From the IMG/VR virus record IMGVR_UViG_3300020214_000005, positions 33,936 to 97,935 of that record: a DNA stretch of 64,000 nt; one strand, 5' to 3'. This document shows, piece after piece, positions 45,301 to 53,926 of the stretch. Numbering within the stretch: the first letter of the stretch is position 1; every line of letters begins with the position of its first letter. The translations under genes and the position numbers were made by a program. Below the pieces are notes generated by a model. It ran no database searches, was not told where the DNA came from, and saw only the letters and a program-made list of their open reading frames with translations. Origin of the DNA: a virus.

Positions 45301-47914
45301 TCTGTACCGGCGACAATCCGATGGGGACGTTCCCTTTCGGGGGGGACGGAGACGAAGTGGGTTGTTGGGGCGGCGTCGGGGCGACGGGCGTGGCGGTGAC
45401 CCTGGGCGTCCTTGACTTCCTTGGTTTCGGTTTGCTGGTCTTGGAGACCTGCGGGACCAACCCGACGTTCGCCTCCGACAGGATCTTGTCTCGCGCGGGG
45501 ATGGTGAGGGCCGACCACAAGGGTTCCATCGAAGGGCCGACCTGCCCCCGGGTTCCATAGACCACGGGCGCGGCCGAGGTAACTAGCTCGTCCAGCACGA
45601 TCAGGTTGTGTGCGTACTGCTGGATCTTGGCCGCATCATCCGGGGCGAGGTTCAAGATGCGGGTCGCGAGCACGTCCTCCGTCATGGGCGTGTCCCCCGC
45701 GATGTTGAGTTTGCTCCGCAGATAATCTGCGATGCCATGCCTCAGCCTATGGGCGCTTTCGATGATCGCCTGCTGCTCCAGCGCCGTGTACTCCGTTATC
45801 TTTTTCAAGTCGGCCGGTTTTTCGGGCGTGAACACGAGTCGACGAGGTTGGATCTTGCTGAGCGGCAGCAGGAGGGATGTCATCGATCCCCGCTCGCGCC
45901 ACTTCGGATTGATGACCGTCCGCTCCCCGATGGCGCCCTGGGTCCTCCGGTGACTGGCGTCCCTCATGTCTCTTCTCTGGATCTCCGCCGCCCGCGACAC
46001 GACCGACCTGTTCCTGTCGTCAATCATCCGCCAAGCAGAGGACTGCTTCGCTGGGTCCGTGGACGAGAGGATGTCGTCTATGGCGAGCAGGGCCGTGACG
46101 TCCGGGTACAGGTTGGCACCGCCTTCCGTCAGGAAATAGTGGCCGTCGGCCACCGCGTTGGCCACCGACTCGGGCGTGACGACCCCGTCGACTCGGTAGT
46201 CCGGGTCGCCGGGGAGTTCGGGCGTCATGATTTCGTTTATGCTCGCGACGAGTTGGTCCCGGCGAGACCTGAGTTGCCCGACCAAACTTGACTGCTCGGC
46301 GGGCGTGAAGTCGGACCACTCTATTTCGTCCTCGGCGAATCTGCTGTTGAAGGGCCGGCGCGCGCCATTGGGTTCCGTCGCCCTGAGCGCGTCGATCGCC
46401 GACAGGAGGTTTCGCTTCGACGCATCGTCCATCAGCCACGGGTCGCCGACGACACCACTTGGCGCATCGGCGGGGGTGGGCGGAACGGGGACATCGTCCA
46501 TGTCCGCGGTCTCCGCGGCGTCGGATCGGCCCAAACCTCTTGAGATTCGTGAAAGACGAGCCGAGAGCCTGTCGAGTATGCGCTCCCCGTCCTTGCGGGG
46601 ATTTTTCCCGTGACCGGATCTTTGGCCGCCGCTGGAGCCCCGGGCGATGTCGGCCTCGGTTCTTTGCTCGGCCGCACGGACGATCGGGGATGTCTCCGGT
46701 GACTCGCCCCTCTCGTTTCGCATCGCCGCCATCGGTCCATCGCCGAACGGACGCGAGACGAGGTTGCCTGCCTGTGCGAGGCGGGATTCGCCCTCGAGGA
46801 TCCGCCTGTTTTCCCTCCTAGTCCTTGGCCGGTCCCCGATGAAGGAGGATTGCGTCGCTGGCTTTATGCTGTCGGCCAAGTCGGACAGCCGCCTCCTGAG
46901 CCTGCTGGCTCCCGCGGCGTTTTGCGAGGCATTGGGAATTAGGCGGTTCAAGTCGTTGGTGGCCGCTGCCAGCGCGTTGATCCTCTCGGCTTCGGCGTTC
47001 CGTCTGGTCATCCTCGACACCCTGGACGGTTTGTTGAGTATGTTGGCCATCCCACCGCCGAATGACCTCACCCCGCGGATCATCTCGCCCATCCCCAGCG
47101 GGGTCGGATCAAGGATTCCCCGTCCCATGTTGATCCACGGGATTCCCTCGTAGATCAGCGTGTCGGAGTCGGCGTCCCTCACGATGTGGGGCGGGGGCAG
47201 GTTCACCAGACCGATCGGCGCCGATTTCTCGAAGTAACCGATCCTGTCGAGGAAGACGAAGGCGTTCGTCTTTATCTTCCTGTCGAACCTCTCGAGGACG
47301 TTGGTCAGATCCATCGCCGGCCTGGGCATCGCCCTCCAGCGACCGTCGAACACGGTTGCCTTCGAGCCCTTGACGCACGTGATGAACGATGCGAAATTTT
47401 TGTTCCTGGTGAATTGCCTCGCTTTGAATTCGACGGCGTCCTTTTTGATCTGCACGTCGAACATGCTTATGCCGACGTCCGACATCAGCCAGGTCTGTAT
47501 CGGTTCCGATTCGGGTTCCTGTTCCTCCACGGGTTCCGGGGGGAGCGCCTCGGTGTCTCCGGTCTCCGCCGATTTGGACTCGATGTCCGGGAACTCGATG
47601 CTCACCGGCGCGTTCGGGGCATCGCCTTCTATCAGTGCGATCAGATGTTTCGCGGTCGTGGGACCGAACAGGGAGTATCTCGCCATCAGGTTCTCCCTGC
47701 TGAGGGGGACGAACTCGGTCATCCTGAGGGACGGGTCGAGGGACAGACGTATCTGGTCCAACGATTTGGCGCCCGCGTTCACCCAGCCCGCCCAGTCCTT
47801 GCCCTGCTTGACCGAGCCGTGGGCAGTCATTCTCCCCTCGTCAAGAACGACGACGGCGAAGGTGGTGTTCGTGTCGCAGTCGTTGACCGTGGAGAAGAAA
47901 GTTTCAGACCCCAT
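42305..47914 (-). CDS. 1869-aa protein with the shared tag and a C-terminal ART-like region
   Basis: DADSDTLIYEGIPWINMGRGILDPTP; G..G.P..V...EF, RRG, G.GG..G.G.NFA and VLNRTALV pattern. Confidence 0.8.
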   Translation of the reverse strand: MGSETFFSTVNDCDTNTTFAVVVLDEGRMTAHGSVKQGKDWAGWVNAGAKSLDQIRLSLDPSLRMTEFVPLSRENLMARYSLFGPTTAKHLIALIEGDAPNAPVSIEFPDIESKSAETGDTEALPPEPVEEQEPESEPIQTWLMSDVGISMFDVQIKKDAVEFKARQFTRNKNFASFITCVKGSKATVFDGRWRAMPRPAMDLTNVLERFDRKIKTNAFVFLDRIGYFEKSAPIGLVNLPPPHIVRDADSDTLIYEGIPWINMGRGILDPTPLGMGEMIRGVRSFGGGMANILNKPSRVSRMTRRNAEAERINALAAATNDLNRLIPNASQNAAGASRLRRRLSDLADSIKPATQSSFIGDRPRTRRENRRILEGESRLAQAGNLVSRPFGDGPMAAMRNERGESPETSPIVRAAEQRTEADIARGSSGGQRSGHGKNPRKDGERILDRLSARLSRISRGLGRSDAAETADMDDVPVPPTPADAPSGVVGDPWLMDDASKRNLLSAIDALRATEPNGARRPFNSRFAEDEIEWSDFTPAEQSSLVGQLRSRRDQLVASINEIMTPELPGDPDYRVDGVVTPESVANAVADGHYFLTEGGANLYPDVTALLAIDDILSSTDPAKQSSAWRMIDDRNRSVVSRAAEIQRRDMRDASHRRTQGAIGERTVINPKWRERGSMTSLLLPLSKIQPRRLVFTPEKPADLKKITEYTALEQQAIIESAHRLRHGIADYLRSKLNIAGDTPMTEDVLATRILNLAPDDAAKIQQYAHNLIVLDELVTSAAPVVYGTRGQVGPSMEPLWSALTIPARDKILSEANVGLVPQVSKTSKPKPRKSRTPRVTATPVAPTPPQQPTSSPSPPKGNVPIGLSPVQSRLGDFGEATKTPVSVVVDATNRVVTTTLEDGTQETKPLSSFGRPNQYDLTNSLLIDDVFYVFEPSLGLYRDPVTGNYLTDYSQVPISINSQISIADALGPVQSSKKLPDLVSYPSITPSKDDTGRKYGLSDEGPQKLTVTEVLARVFNIDEELAKDLLGTKIYYAPGVLPGKSTNSFRQAALLLLNTSTLNNAIPQGEKQKLQMLDVVDIPEGSDPIESYLNYIGRPDIAVGYVAAGRPANFLEFQSRATQARSPRANATNAREGMNIPDTSLLPEHLKGYDFNRYYRSAILSSIFAAEDPSDDFQTLIPGMAADAKPRVRKMVVLWRHPDNFSMKHLAYRDNLTQVQEIALAVNKALSTDHPNDWFAAFEAVRNAYDQARERRRDALNKWRNVKGAASRSPRPRREFILAGEMLESLETILADIFENNMHKVEDSVRQKSAGTARVVNEMGRLRKRAVQSGLRNVAGLEESLLIPPVNLDGTPLPPRGVDEILGMVERHTTLGFLPHIPRTLTSDDPIELAELSEEAISTLALINMAVEELKDPETQRPLQEVLGRHHMGNPQRNALHNAIYWATGAKGRPILVTEDEFELLAGSTMLKEVTVPPVSGDQWVMNFVEMRRGIAMAKPPMTTNQMAAELIKGPLYIVGEGGEHGGSGINFARRAGMLNYGGRDPSGDIVLALIPRTTRIENKDRMSAIHGQLLEMYGAFFSAITHFSGIEKTMPIDLDADNDPDWSHDNMANPFYRSNRSLTAHGYFVPYGKKSVGAHRGQIGGATLESHARAKGITIPQVDTADPEAIRDLAKILLTISEDLFSRNDNEFSWDSERGARVDAQADPLYGKQWWRATRMQIFGWMVQLEVLKSMEMAKLKAEGKVPWNERLANLVSAQEILSFWNDEVTMGMLFGVDVYQSGGDLPMTQNPVALFRPSVIGDHIMVLNRTALVMLHKPVTQAAEAEIYSLIRNPQIRKPDDPSKVWNPYYQRWIDDPDFGTTAQDET

Positions 47915-49997
47915 TGATGACGTTCCTGATGAACTTCAGGGATCCGGAGAGTAACCTCACCCTGTTGTCGTAGATTACCGAGACTATTTCCATGTGGCGG
48001 CGCTCTGCCTCCGAGAGTTTCCCGTCTATCGCCATGCGCCTGTAGAATTCTGCCATATCGAACTGCCGTGCTCGCTCAAGTATTTCCTCCAGCAACGCCT
48101 CCGCGCGCCTTCTCTGCTCCTTGCGCAGGCGCATGAAGAACGCTCTGTACATTGAGTTTTCCAGCTCGTTGAGGACGGCGGTTTTGGGCATGTTGATTCT
48201 CTGCTCCAGCTCGTTCCTCGTCAGGCCTGCGCCACCGGATGACGCGACCGGCCCCGCAAAGGTCCTTTTCTGGGACGAGTCTCCGACGGTGAACAGGTTG
48301 GACGGGTTCCTTTCCCTCACGTCCGTGAGCATGTCGGCGATCATCAACCTGACCATGTCCTCGGGGTCGGCCAGGTCCATCCCCGTGCTCCTGGCGAATC
48401 GCCCGAGGGATTCGGAGTCATTGGGGTACGAGACTATATAGGGTCTCCGCGAGCCCGAACCGGTGAACCAGACCTCTGGCGACAATGCCCCCAACTGGGA
48501 CTGCACCTCGGCGGCGACCATGACACCTATGTGCTCGTTGGCGAGAGTGGGCGTCACGGCCGTCAGCAGGTCGTCGCCGAGTCTGTAGCGGGTCATGCGG
48601 TTGTTCAGTCGCCTGCTCTCCGAAAGAGGACTCAGGTCAAGGGCGGGAATCCGCAACTCGGGCGCGATGTTGCCGATCTGGCCCCCTTGGTTCAGCATGT
48701 TCACTGCCATGCGGAGATCGTCGATCATCCCGGCCTCGTCCTCGATCTGGGTGGGCCGAGAGGACATTTGGCGCGGAGCCTTCTCGAGCGCGAACGCGTC
48801 GCGGTACCAGCGACGCATCTGGCGTTGTTTTTTCGTTCTCGGATCCATGACGGTGATCATGTCGTTCGGCCCGCGGAGATCACCGAAAGATTGCTCGTAG
48901 GCGACAGGGCCGTCCATCTCCGCGGCAATGTGCTCTATTCTTGCTCCTGCGTCGGATCCGTTCTGCATGTGCTCGGCCTCGGCCACGAGCCTGCCGAGTT
49001 TTCGTCTCTCCCCGTTGCTCAGGTTGCGGGTCTTCCTCAGGGTGAGCGTGCCGCCGTTCGGCAAAACGTAAACGAGGGCATTTATCCCGCTGTTTGAGAA
49101 CATCCCCAGTTCGTTTCCGCCTATCTGCGCCGGCTTGGCCACGTACAGGACGTACGCGGCCCCGTCCATGTTCCTATTGTCTGGCACGGTCCTGAGAACG
49201 GTCGGCGACACGAGGGGGCTGAGGACGACGCCATCCCGCCTGACCAGCCTCGCCACCGGTCTGGAAAAGTCCGTCATTTCCGACGACACGTTTTTTATCG
49301 CCGATTTGTACAACCCGAAATTTGGGGAACCGACCTTAGGGATCTCGATTTCGGGTTTCCTGATCACGGAGACCTGGCCCATTTCCCCGATCGGCTTTAC
49401 GGGGACGCCCGAAATGTTCAATTCGCGCGGGAGACTCGGGGAGCGCAACTCCAGCGTCTGCGAGGCGCCCGTCAGGATCGAAACGGCGAGGGCGAACAGT
49501 TTTTTGCCGCACGTTGAGTAGTACTTGTCGGTGAATTGTCCGCCGAACTGGAACCCTTCCGGGCAACGGAATCCCCTGTCGGGTTTCGGAAACGACGCCG
49601 CGGCGGCCCTCGCTAGCGGGTTTTGGACGATCGATGACACGGGCGAGCCGCCCCCGGGCGTCAAGGCCGACCACATCGCCGACCTGCCTGGGCTCCTCAC
49701 CGTGGACATGTTGCCGGGCATGGCGACGGCGACCGCCGACTGAAGCGCCCTGCCCACCGGGTTGGACGACCCGACGAGGCCGACCTTGAACTTGATTCTG
49801 TGGTCGTAGATCGCGCCGTCGGGGCCGACCTTGGCCATCTGGTAGCACTTGAAGTCGACCGCATTCTGCTTGCTGGTCGCGACGGACAAGGGCAAGGTGT
49901 AGACGTTGTCCCTCGACACGGCGATGGACGGCAGTATCGTCCTGACCATCGTCCCTTTTCGGGGACAACATTCCGTCGTTTCGGTCACGTCAGACAT
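47904..49997 (-). CDS. ~697-aa protein with an RCP...FTD...C motif and a C-terminal degenerate HipA/PI3K-like kinase domain
   Basis: FRCPEGFQFGGQFTDKYYSTCG; DEAGM linker; LG..SPEV...IADML.DVRERNPSNL. Confidence 0.7.
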   Translation of the reverse strand: MSDVTETTECCPRKGTMVRTILPSIAVSRDNVYTLPLSVATSKQNAVDFKCYQMAKVGPDGAIYDHRIKFKVGLVGSSNPVGRALQSAVAVAMPGNMSTVRSPGRSAMWSALTPGGGSPVSSIVQNPLARAAAASFPKPDRGFRCPEGFQFGGQFTDKYYSTCGKKLFALAVSILTGASQTLELRSPSLPRELNISGVPVKPIGEMGQVSVIRKPEIEIPKVGSPNFGLYKSAIKNVSSEMTDFSRPVARLVRRDGVVLSPLVSPTVLRTVPDNRNMDGAAYVLYVAKPAQIGGNELGMFSNSGINALVYVLPNGGTLTLRKTRNLSNGERRKLGRLVAEAEHMQNGSDAGARIEHIAAEMDGPVAYEQSFGDLRGPNDMITVMDPRTKKQRQMRRWYRDAFALEKAPRQMSSRPTQIEDEAGMIDDLRMAVNMLNQGGQIGNIAPELRIPALDLSPLSESRRLNNRMTRYRLGDDLLTAVTPTLANEHIGVMVAAEVQSQLGALSPEVWFTGSGSRRPYIVSYPNDSESLGRFARSTGMDLADPEDMVRLMIADMLTDVRERNPSNLFTVGDSSQKRTFAGPVASSGGAGLTRNELEQRINMPKTAVLNELENSMYRAFFMRLRKEQRRRAEALLEEILERARQFDMAEFYRRMAIDGKLSEAERRHMEIVSVIYDNRVRLLSGSLKFIRNVINGV

Positions 49998-50565
49998 CCG
50001 CGTCGAACATCTCCCAGTTGCTGTCATCGCAGATGAACGCCACGAACTTGGCTTCCATTTTCACGAAATCATCCATGACCTCCCATGCGTGATCCCAGTC
50101 GTCGTCGGTCACGACCGGAACGAACGGCTCGTACGCAGGGGCGGAGTCGATGCCGCCGCTTGACCGCAGGTCCTTCTTCTTCGCCACCCTGCGGGTCAGC
50201 TTCCTGAGCCGATCGTCGAAATCCGAGTCGCTCCAGATTGACCCGCTCACGACCCCGCGCAGCTTCCTCCTGCAGTTCTTCATCCCGGGGTGATGGCAAC
50301 CCTCGTTGGGCCACAGGCCGGTCGTCTCGTGGTGCAGCCAGGCGCAGATGTTGTTCAGCGGGTAGAGCTCGGGGTGGTCCGCGAGTATCACCCTGCACCT
50401 CCGGAAACCACCGGGCTTTTTCATGATCGGACGCCAGTAACGGAGCAACCTCTCGAGGTTGCCCCTTCTGGGCCCGTAGCCCCTCAAGATATCGCCCGTC
50501 ACCACCTCCTGCGGCAGCAGGCCGCCGAGCGGGTCGAGTTTTATGTCTATTTTGTCATTCGGCAT
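49990..50565 (-). CDS. Head-module hypothetical protein (GN.ERL.RYW...G.FRRC...CAWLHH..TG.WP)
   Basis: Motif recalled from actinophage head-associated proteins; function unknown. Confidence 0.6.
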   Translation of the reverse strand: MPNDKIDIKLDPLGGLLPQEVVTGDILRGYGPRRGNLERLLRYWRPIMKKPGGFRRCRVILADHPELYPLNNICAWLHHETTGLWPNEGCHHPGMKNCRRKLRGVVSGSIWSDSDFDDRLRKLTRRVAKKKDLRSSGGIDSAPAYEPFVPVVTDDDWDHAWEVMDDFVKMEAKFVAFICDDSNWEMFDADV

Positions 50566-50944
50566 CGTTCAACATCCTCCGGATTTTGTGACTGATTTTT
50601 TCGAGCTCAGCGACCTCCCCGTCAGTCGAGACGCGGGCCGCCTCGGCCCTGTCCGCGTGGGTTTTCGCGATTATCGGTATGGCTATTGTCATCAGCAGCT
50701 CCTGCTGTTCGGGGGTGTCTCCGTTTTGTATCGAACGCGCGAGAGTTGATTCAAGGGCCCTTTGGAAGCGTGATTTCGTGTAGGGCGGGAAGAAACGATC
50801 TGCCCTCTTCTCGAGCATCTTCATGACGCTCGCGGTCGCTTCGGCGTTGCTTGGCATCCCTATGAAAGCCCTGAGTTCGGCCCGGCTCATCGATTCGATC
50901 TTCCGTCTCAATTCAATAGCTTTTTTGTCTTCTTCGTAGTCCAT
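50555..50944 (-). CDS. 129-aa helical protein after the 918-aa ORF
   Basis: AGGAGG SD; 5 nt after the upstream stop. Confidence 0.65.
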   Translation of the reverse strand: MDYEEDKKAIELRRKIESMSRAELRAFIGMPSNAEATASVMKMLEKRADRFFPPYTKSRFQRALESTLARSIQNGDTPEQQELLMTIAIPIIAKTHADRAEAARVSTDGEVAELEKISHKIRRMLNDAE

Positions 50945-50949
50945 TGTGT

Positions 50950-53706
50950 TCAGCCTCCTGCGCTGGTTCTGTTCATGACCGACCTGGCCCAGGCGATCAT
51001 CTCGGCGTGCAGTCTTTCCACGGCACGCCTTTCTTTCTCATTCAATTTTCGCATAAATTTCTCCATTTTCATCAGCATAACTGGATGTAATTCCGCATAG
51101 GTTTCCGAATTGCTGGCCAACTGGAACTTTGGCAGGAAGTTATGGTTGTCGTAGTCCGCTGGACCTGCGTAATCCGTGATTTTGGACACCGCCGACTGGA
51201 CGAGCCTGATTTCGTCATCCGTAAGGTTTTTCCAGCCGTTGCTACCCTGGACGGCGTACCACCTGTTCACCACCTGGGCGAGCATTGTTGTGTCGTTGCT
51301 CGTTGCGTCCTTCAGGTACTCGGTCGGGCTGAACGCCCCGTTTTGGTCAAACCAGGGACGGTTGTGATGCCGCCCGTAAACTTCCATGAATTCCTTGACG
51401 ACTGCTGGATTCTCTGAGATCAGGTTTGTCATCAGGATTCTGCCCCCGTCTATGTTGACTTGTTTGATCATCTCCTGGGTGACATTGTTGACGAACCAGT
51501 CGTTTGCGTAATCGAAACCCTTGATTTTGTTTTGCGCATCGGCATAAGCGTTGCGGGAGTTGGAGATGTAGGCGTAGAGCCCGTTGGTGTGCTTGCTGTG
51601 CGCAGCCACAACCGCCGAGACCAACGCCACGGCGCGCTGGGCCGGTTTTGGCAATCTGTCTATTTTTTTGTAGGCGCCCTTGATCATTGGTTCTATACTC
51701 TCCGTGTAGAACCTGTATTGATCCATGTCGCTCAGTTTCGTGATACTGGCGATGCTTTTCTCCCCGATCTGCCTCAACCGATCCATGGCCTCCTGGGCCG
51801 TTCGCAGCAATTTTTCGGGCTGGTAGAGCAGATCGCGCCGGATGATGCCCGAGTTGATTATCTCGCCAGTCGTTTTTTCGAGTCTCTTCGGACTCACCGC
51901 CGGCCCATGTTGGCTGTCGTCGGCGAATCCCTTGTAATACAGGTTGACCAACCTTTGTCTGTCCGAATCTCCGATCCCCGCGGTCAGGATGGAGTCAATC
52001 AGCGGGTCCAACTCGGAAAGCTCGTCCTTTATGTCATTGGCGATAGCTAGAGCAATCGGAAAATCCCCTAATTCGGACTTGGCGCGAATCATTTCCAAGA
52101 CCGTTGATTTGACGAAATCGCGAGACACCATCTCCGAGAGATCGTCCCTGATCGGATGGTCCATTCCCAATCGCAGGGATGCCAGGGTGTACAGATCCCG
52201 ATCCTCCTCGTATTGACTGTTTATCCCGGTCGACGCCTTAGACATCGCCTGTTTGTACCCAGGGGAATTCTTGTAATCACCGATGAAATCGAGCCCGTGC
52301 CCAAACTCATGTGTGGTCACCACGAGCGACGCGGCCTTATTCGTATGGGAGTACACCTCGGCCATTCGTTGCTCGAGGGATCGGATCGATTGAAGGGCGT
52401 TCTCGTTCGGCACCTGCGAGTTGGCGCTCCTCATCTGCGCTATCTTTCCTTCTAGGTCTTCCATTTCCTGGATGCCGCCCACTATTACCGACATTGCCAC
52501 GGAATCCAGAAGCGGTTGGGTCGTCTCGCCGGTCTGATCCAACACGTTCTGCCAGAAATCGAGAAGTTGTTTTTTCATTTCCATCATATCGCCCGGCGGG
52601 TTCGCGATCTTGCCGTACGCCTTGTTGGGGTCCTGTCGCAAAACTTGCAGCGACAGGTTGAGCATCCCGGAGGGGATAAGCCTCATCAGGGCGCCTTTTT
52701 GGCCTTCGCTCTTGTAGATCGGTAGCATTATGGCTATCGGTATTCGCGCGCCGCTGGTGACCCTGCCTCCTAGTATATCCATCGCAAACTGACTCATGTC
52801 CTTGGCGCCCGAGACCGCCTCTTGGGGCATAGATAGACCTGCCAACCGCGTTTGACGCTCGTTTCGGGAGTCCTGCGATATGAGGTAATAGGTAGGCAAC
52901 GCCGCGCTGCGGCCCCCGGCGTGATCACTTTCCGTCGCTTCGTCTGGGGGGTTTGTCGCCGCGACGAGGAGATGGACATCCCTGAAGGCTTCGGGATATT
53001 CGAGAACGTTCGCGGCCACGCCGTAGTAGACGCCGTAGTCGTAGCTGGACATCGGGGTACTGTCCCCCGAGAACCGCGGGCTCACTGCGCTGAGTTCGGG
53101 TTGCATCTGGGAGGCGAAATACGGGATATCTAGTTTGAAGTTGCTGCTTCCGGACTCTCTTGAGTTGACCAAATTCTCCAGTCTCTTCAGGCTGTCGGTC
53201 GCATCCCTCAAAGTTTTCGGTTTCGTCCCCAGTACCGCGTCGACACGGGTTTCGACCTCCTCGACGGAGGCGAAAATTTCGTCCATCAACATAATGTTCT
53301 CGGGCCTGGAAAAGATTCTCGAGCTGTACATGGCCGCCATCGGCCCGTCTGCGTGGCTCATTGTCATCAATGGGCTCGGCCGCATCGCGCTCATTCGTTT
53401 CGGGGTTCCGAGCTCGGCTTGCGCCTCCCGTCTCAGCCTCCTGTTGAGGGGTTGGAAATTCCCCGGAGTTGGGTCGATGATCCCTCGTCCCCTGTTGATC
53501 CACGGGATTCCCTCGTAGACGTAGGGGTCAAGGTCGGCGTTCCTCACGAGGTGGGGCGGGAGGAGGGGTTTAGCGCCGATGGGTCGCAAGATCTTGGTCC
53601 TCACGGTCTCCGTCAGCTGCGTCACGGACGACAGGGCGGCATCGGTCTTGTCGTCGACGAACGAGTCGCGACCCCTGCGCCTGGAACCTATCTTTCTACG
53701 AGTCAT
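50950..53706 (-). CDS. 918-aa protein with the shared tag and a zincin-like HExxH domain
   Basis: NADLDPYVYEGIPWINRGRGIIDPTP; HEFGH (52297-52311); C-terminal ETYAE. Confidence 0.8.
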   Translation of the reverse strand: MTRRKIGSRRRGRDSFVDDKTDAALSSVTQLTETVRTKILRPIGAKPLLPPHLVRNADLDPYVYEGIPWINRGRGIIDPTPGNFQPLNRRLRREAQAELGTPKRMSAMRPSPLMTMSHADGPMAAMYSSRIFSRPENIMLMDEIFASVEEVETRVDAVLGTKPKTLRDATDSLKRLENLVNSRESGSSNFKLDIPYFASQMQPELSAVSPRFSGDSTPMSSYDYGVYYGVAANVLEYPEAFRDVHLLVAATNPPDEATESDHAGGRSAALPTYYLISQDSRNERQTRLAGLSMPQEAVSGAKDMSQFAMDILGGRVTSGARIPIAIMLPIYKSEGQKGALMRLIPSGMLNLSLQVLRQDPNKAYGKIANPPGDMMEMKKQLLDFWQNVLDQTGETTQPLLDSVAMSVIVGGIQEMEDLEGKIAQMRSANSQVPNENALQSIRSLEQRMAEVYSHTNKAASLVVTTHEFGHGLDFIGDYKNSPGYKQAMSKASTGINSQYEEDRDLYTLASLRLGMDHPIRDDLSEMVSRDFVKSTVLEMIRAKSELGDFPIALAIANDIKDELSELDPLIDSILTAGIGDSDRQRLVNLYYKGFADDSQHGPAVSPKRLEKTTGEIINSGIIRRDLLYQPEKLLRTAQEAMDRLRQIGEKSIASITKLSDMDQYRFYTESIEPMIKGAYKKIDRLPKPAQRAVALVSAVVAAHSKHTNGLYAYISNSRNAYADAQNKIKGFDYANDWFVNNVTQEMIKQVNIDGGRILMTNLISENPAVVKEFMEVYGRHHNRPWFDQNGAFSPTEYLKDATSNDTTMLAQVVNRWYAVQGSNGWKNLTDDEIRLVQSAVSKITDYAGPADYDNHNFLPKFQLASNSETYAELHPVMLMKMEKFMRKLNEKERRAVERLHAEMIAWARSVMNRTSAGG

Positions 53707-53912
53707 CGGCTATTCCAGATTTCGCGCCATTCTTCCAGATTGTCGTCGTTTATGATCGTCGGCTTCTGTTCGGGTTCGTTGACCTGCAACCAACCCCACT
53801 CGTACGGCTCGAGGGAGGAGTTCCGCACCACAACCTTGTACCACGTCGTCTGGCCGTCCTCGGACATGATGTAAAAATGGCCTCGGTCTGTAACGAAAAC
53901 GCGCTCACGCAT
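53703..53912 (-). CDS. 69-aa protein after the 2845-aa ORF
   Basis: Short gap after the upstream stop; ATGA overlap with the next gene. Confidence 0.6.
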   Translation of the reverse strand: MRERVFVTDRGHFYIMSEDGQTTWYKVVVRNSSLEPYEWGWLQVNEPEQKPTIINDDNLEEWREIWNSR

Positions 53913-53926
53913 GGTCTTGGGTCCCC

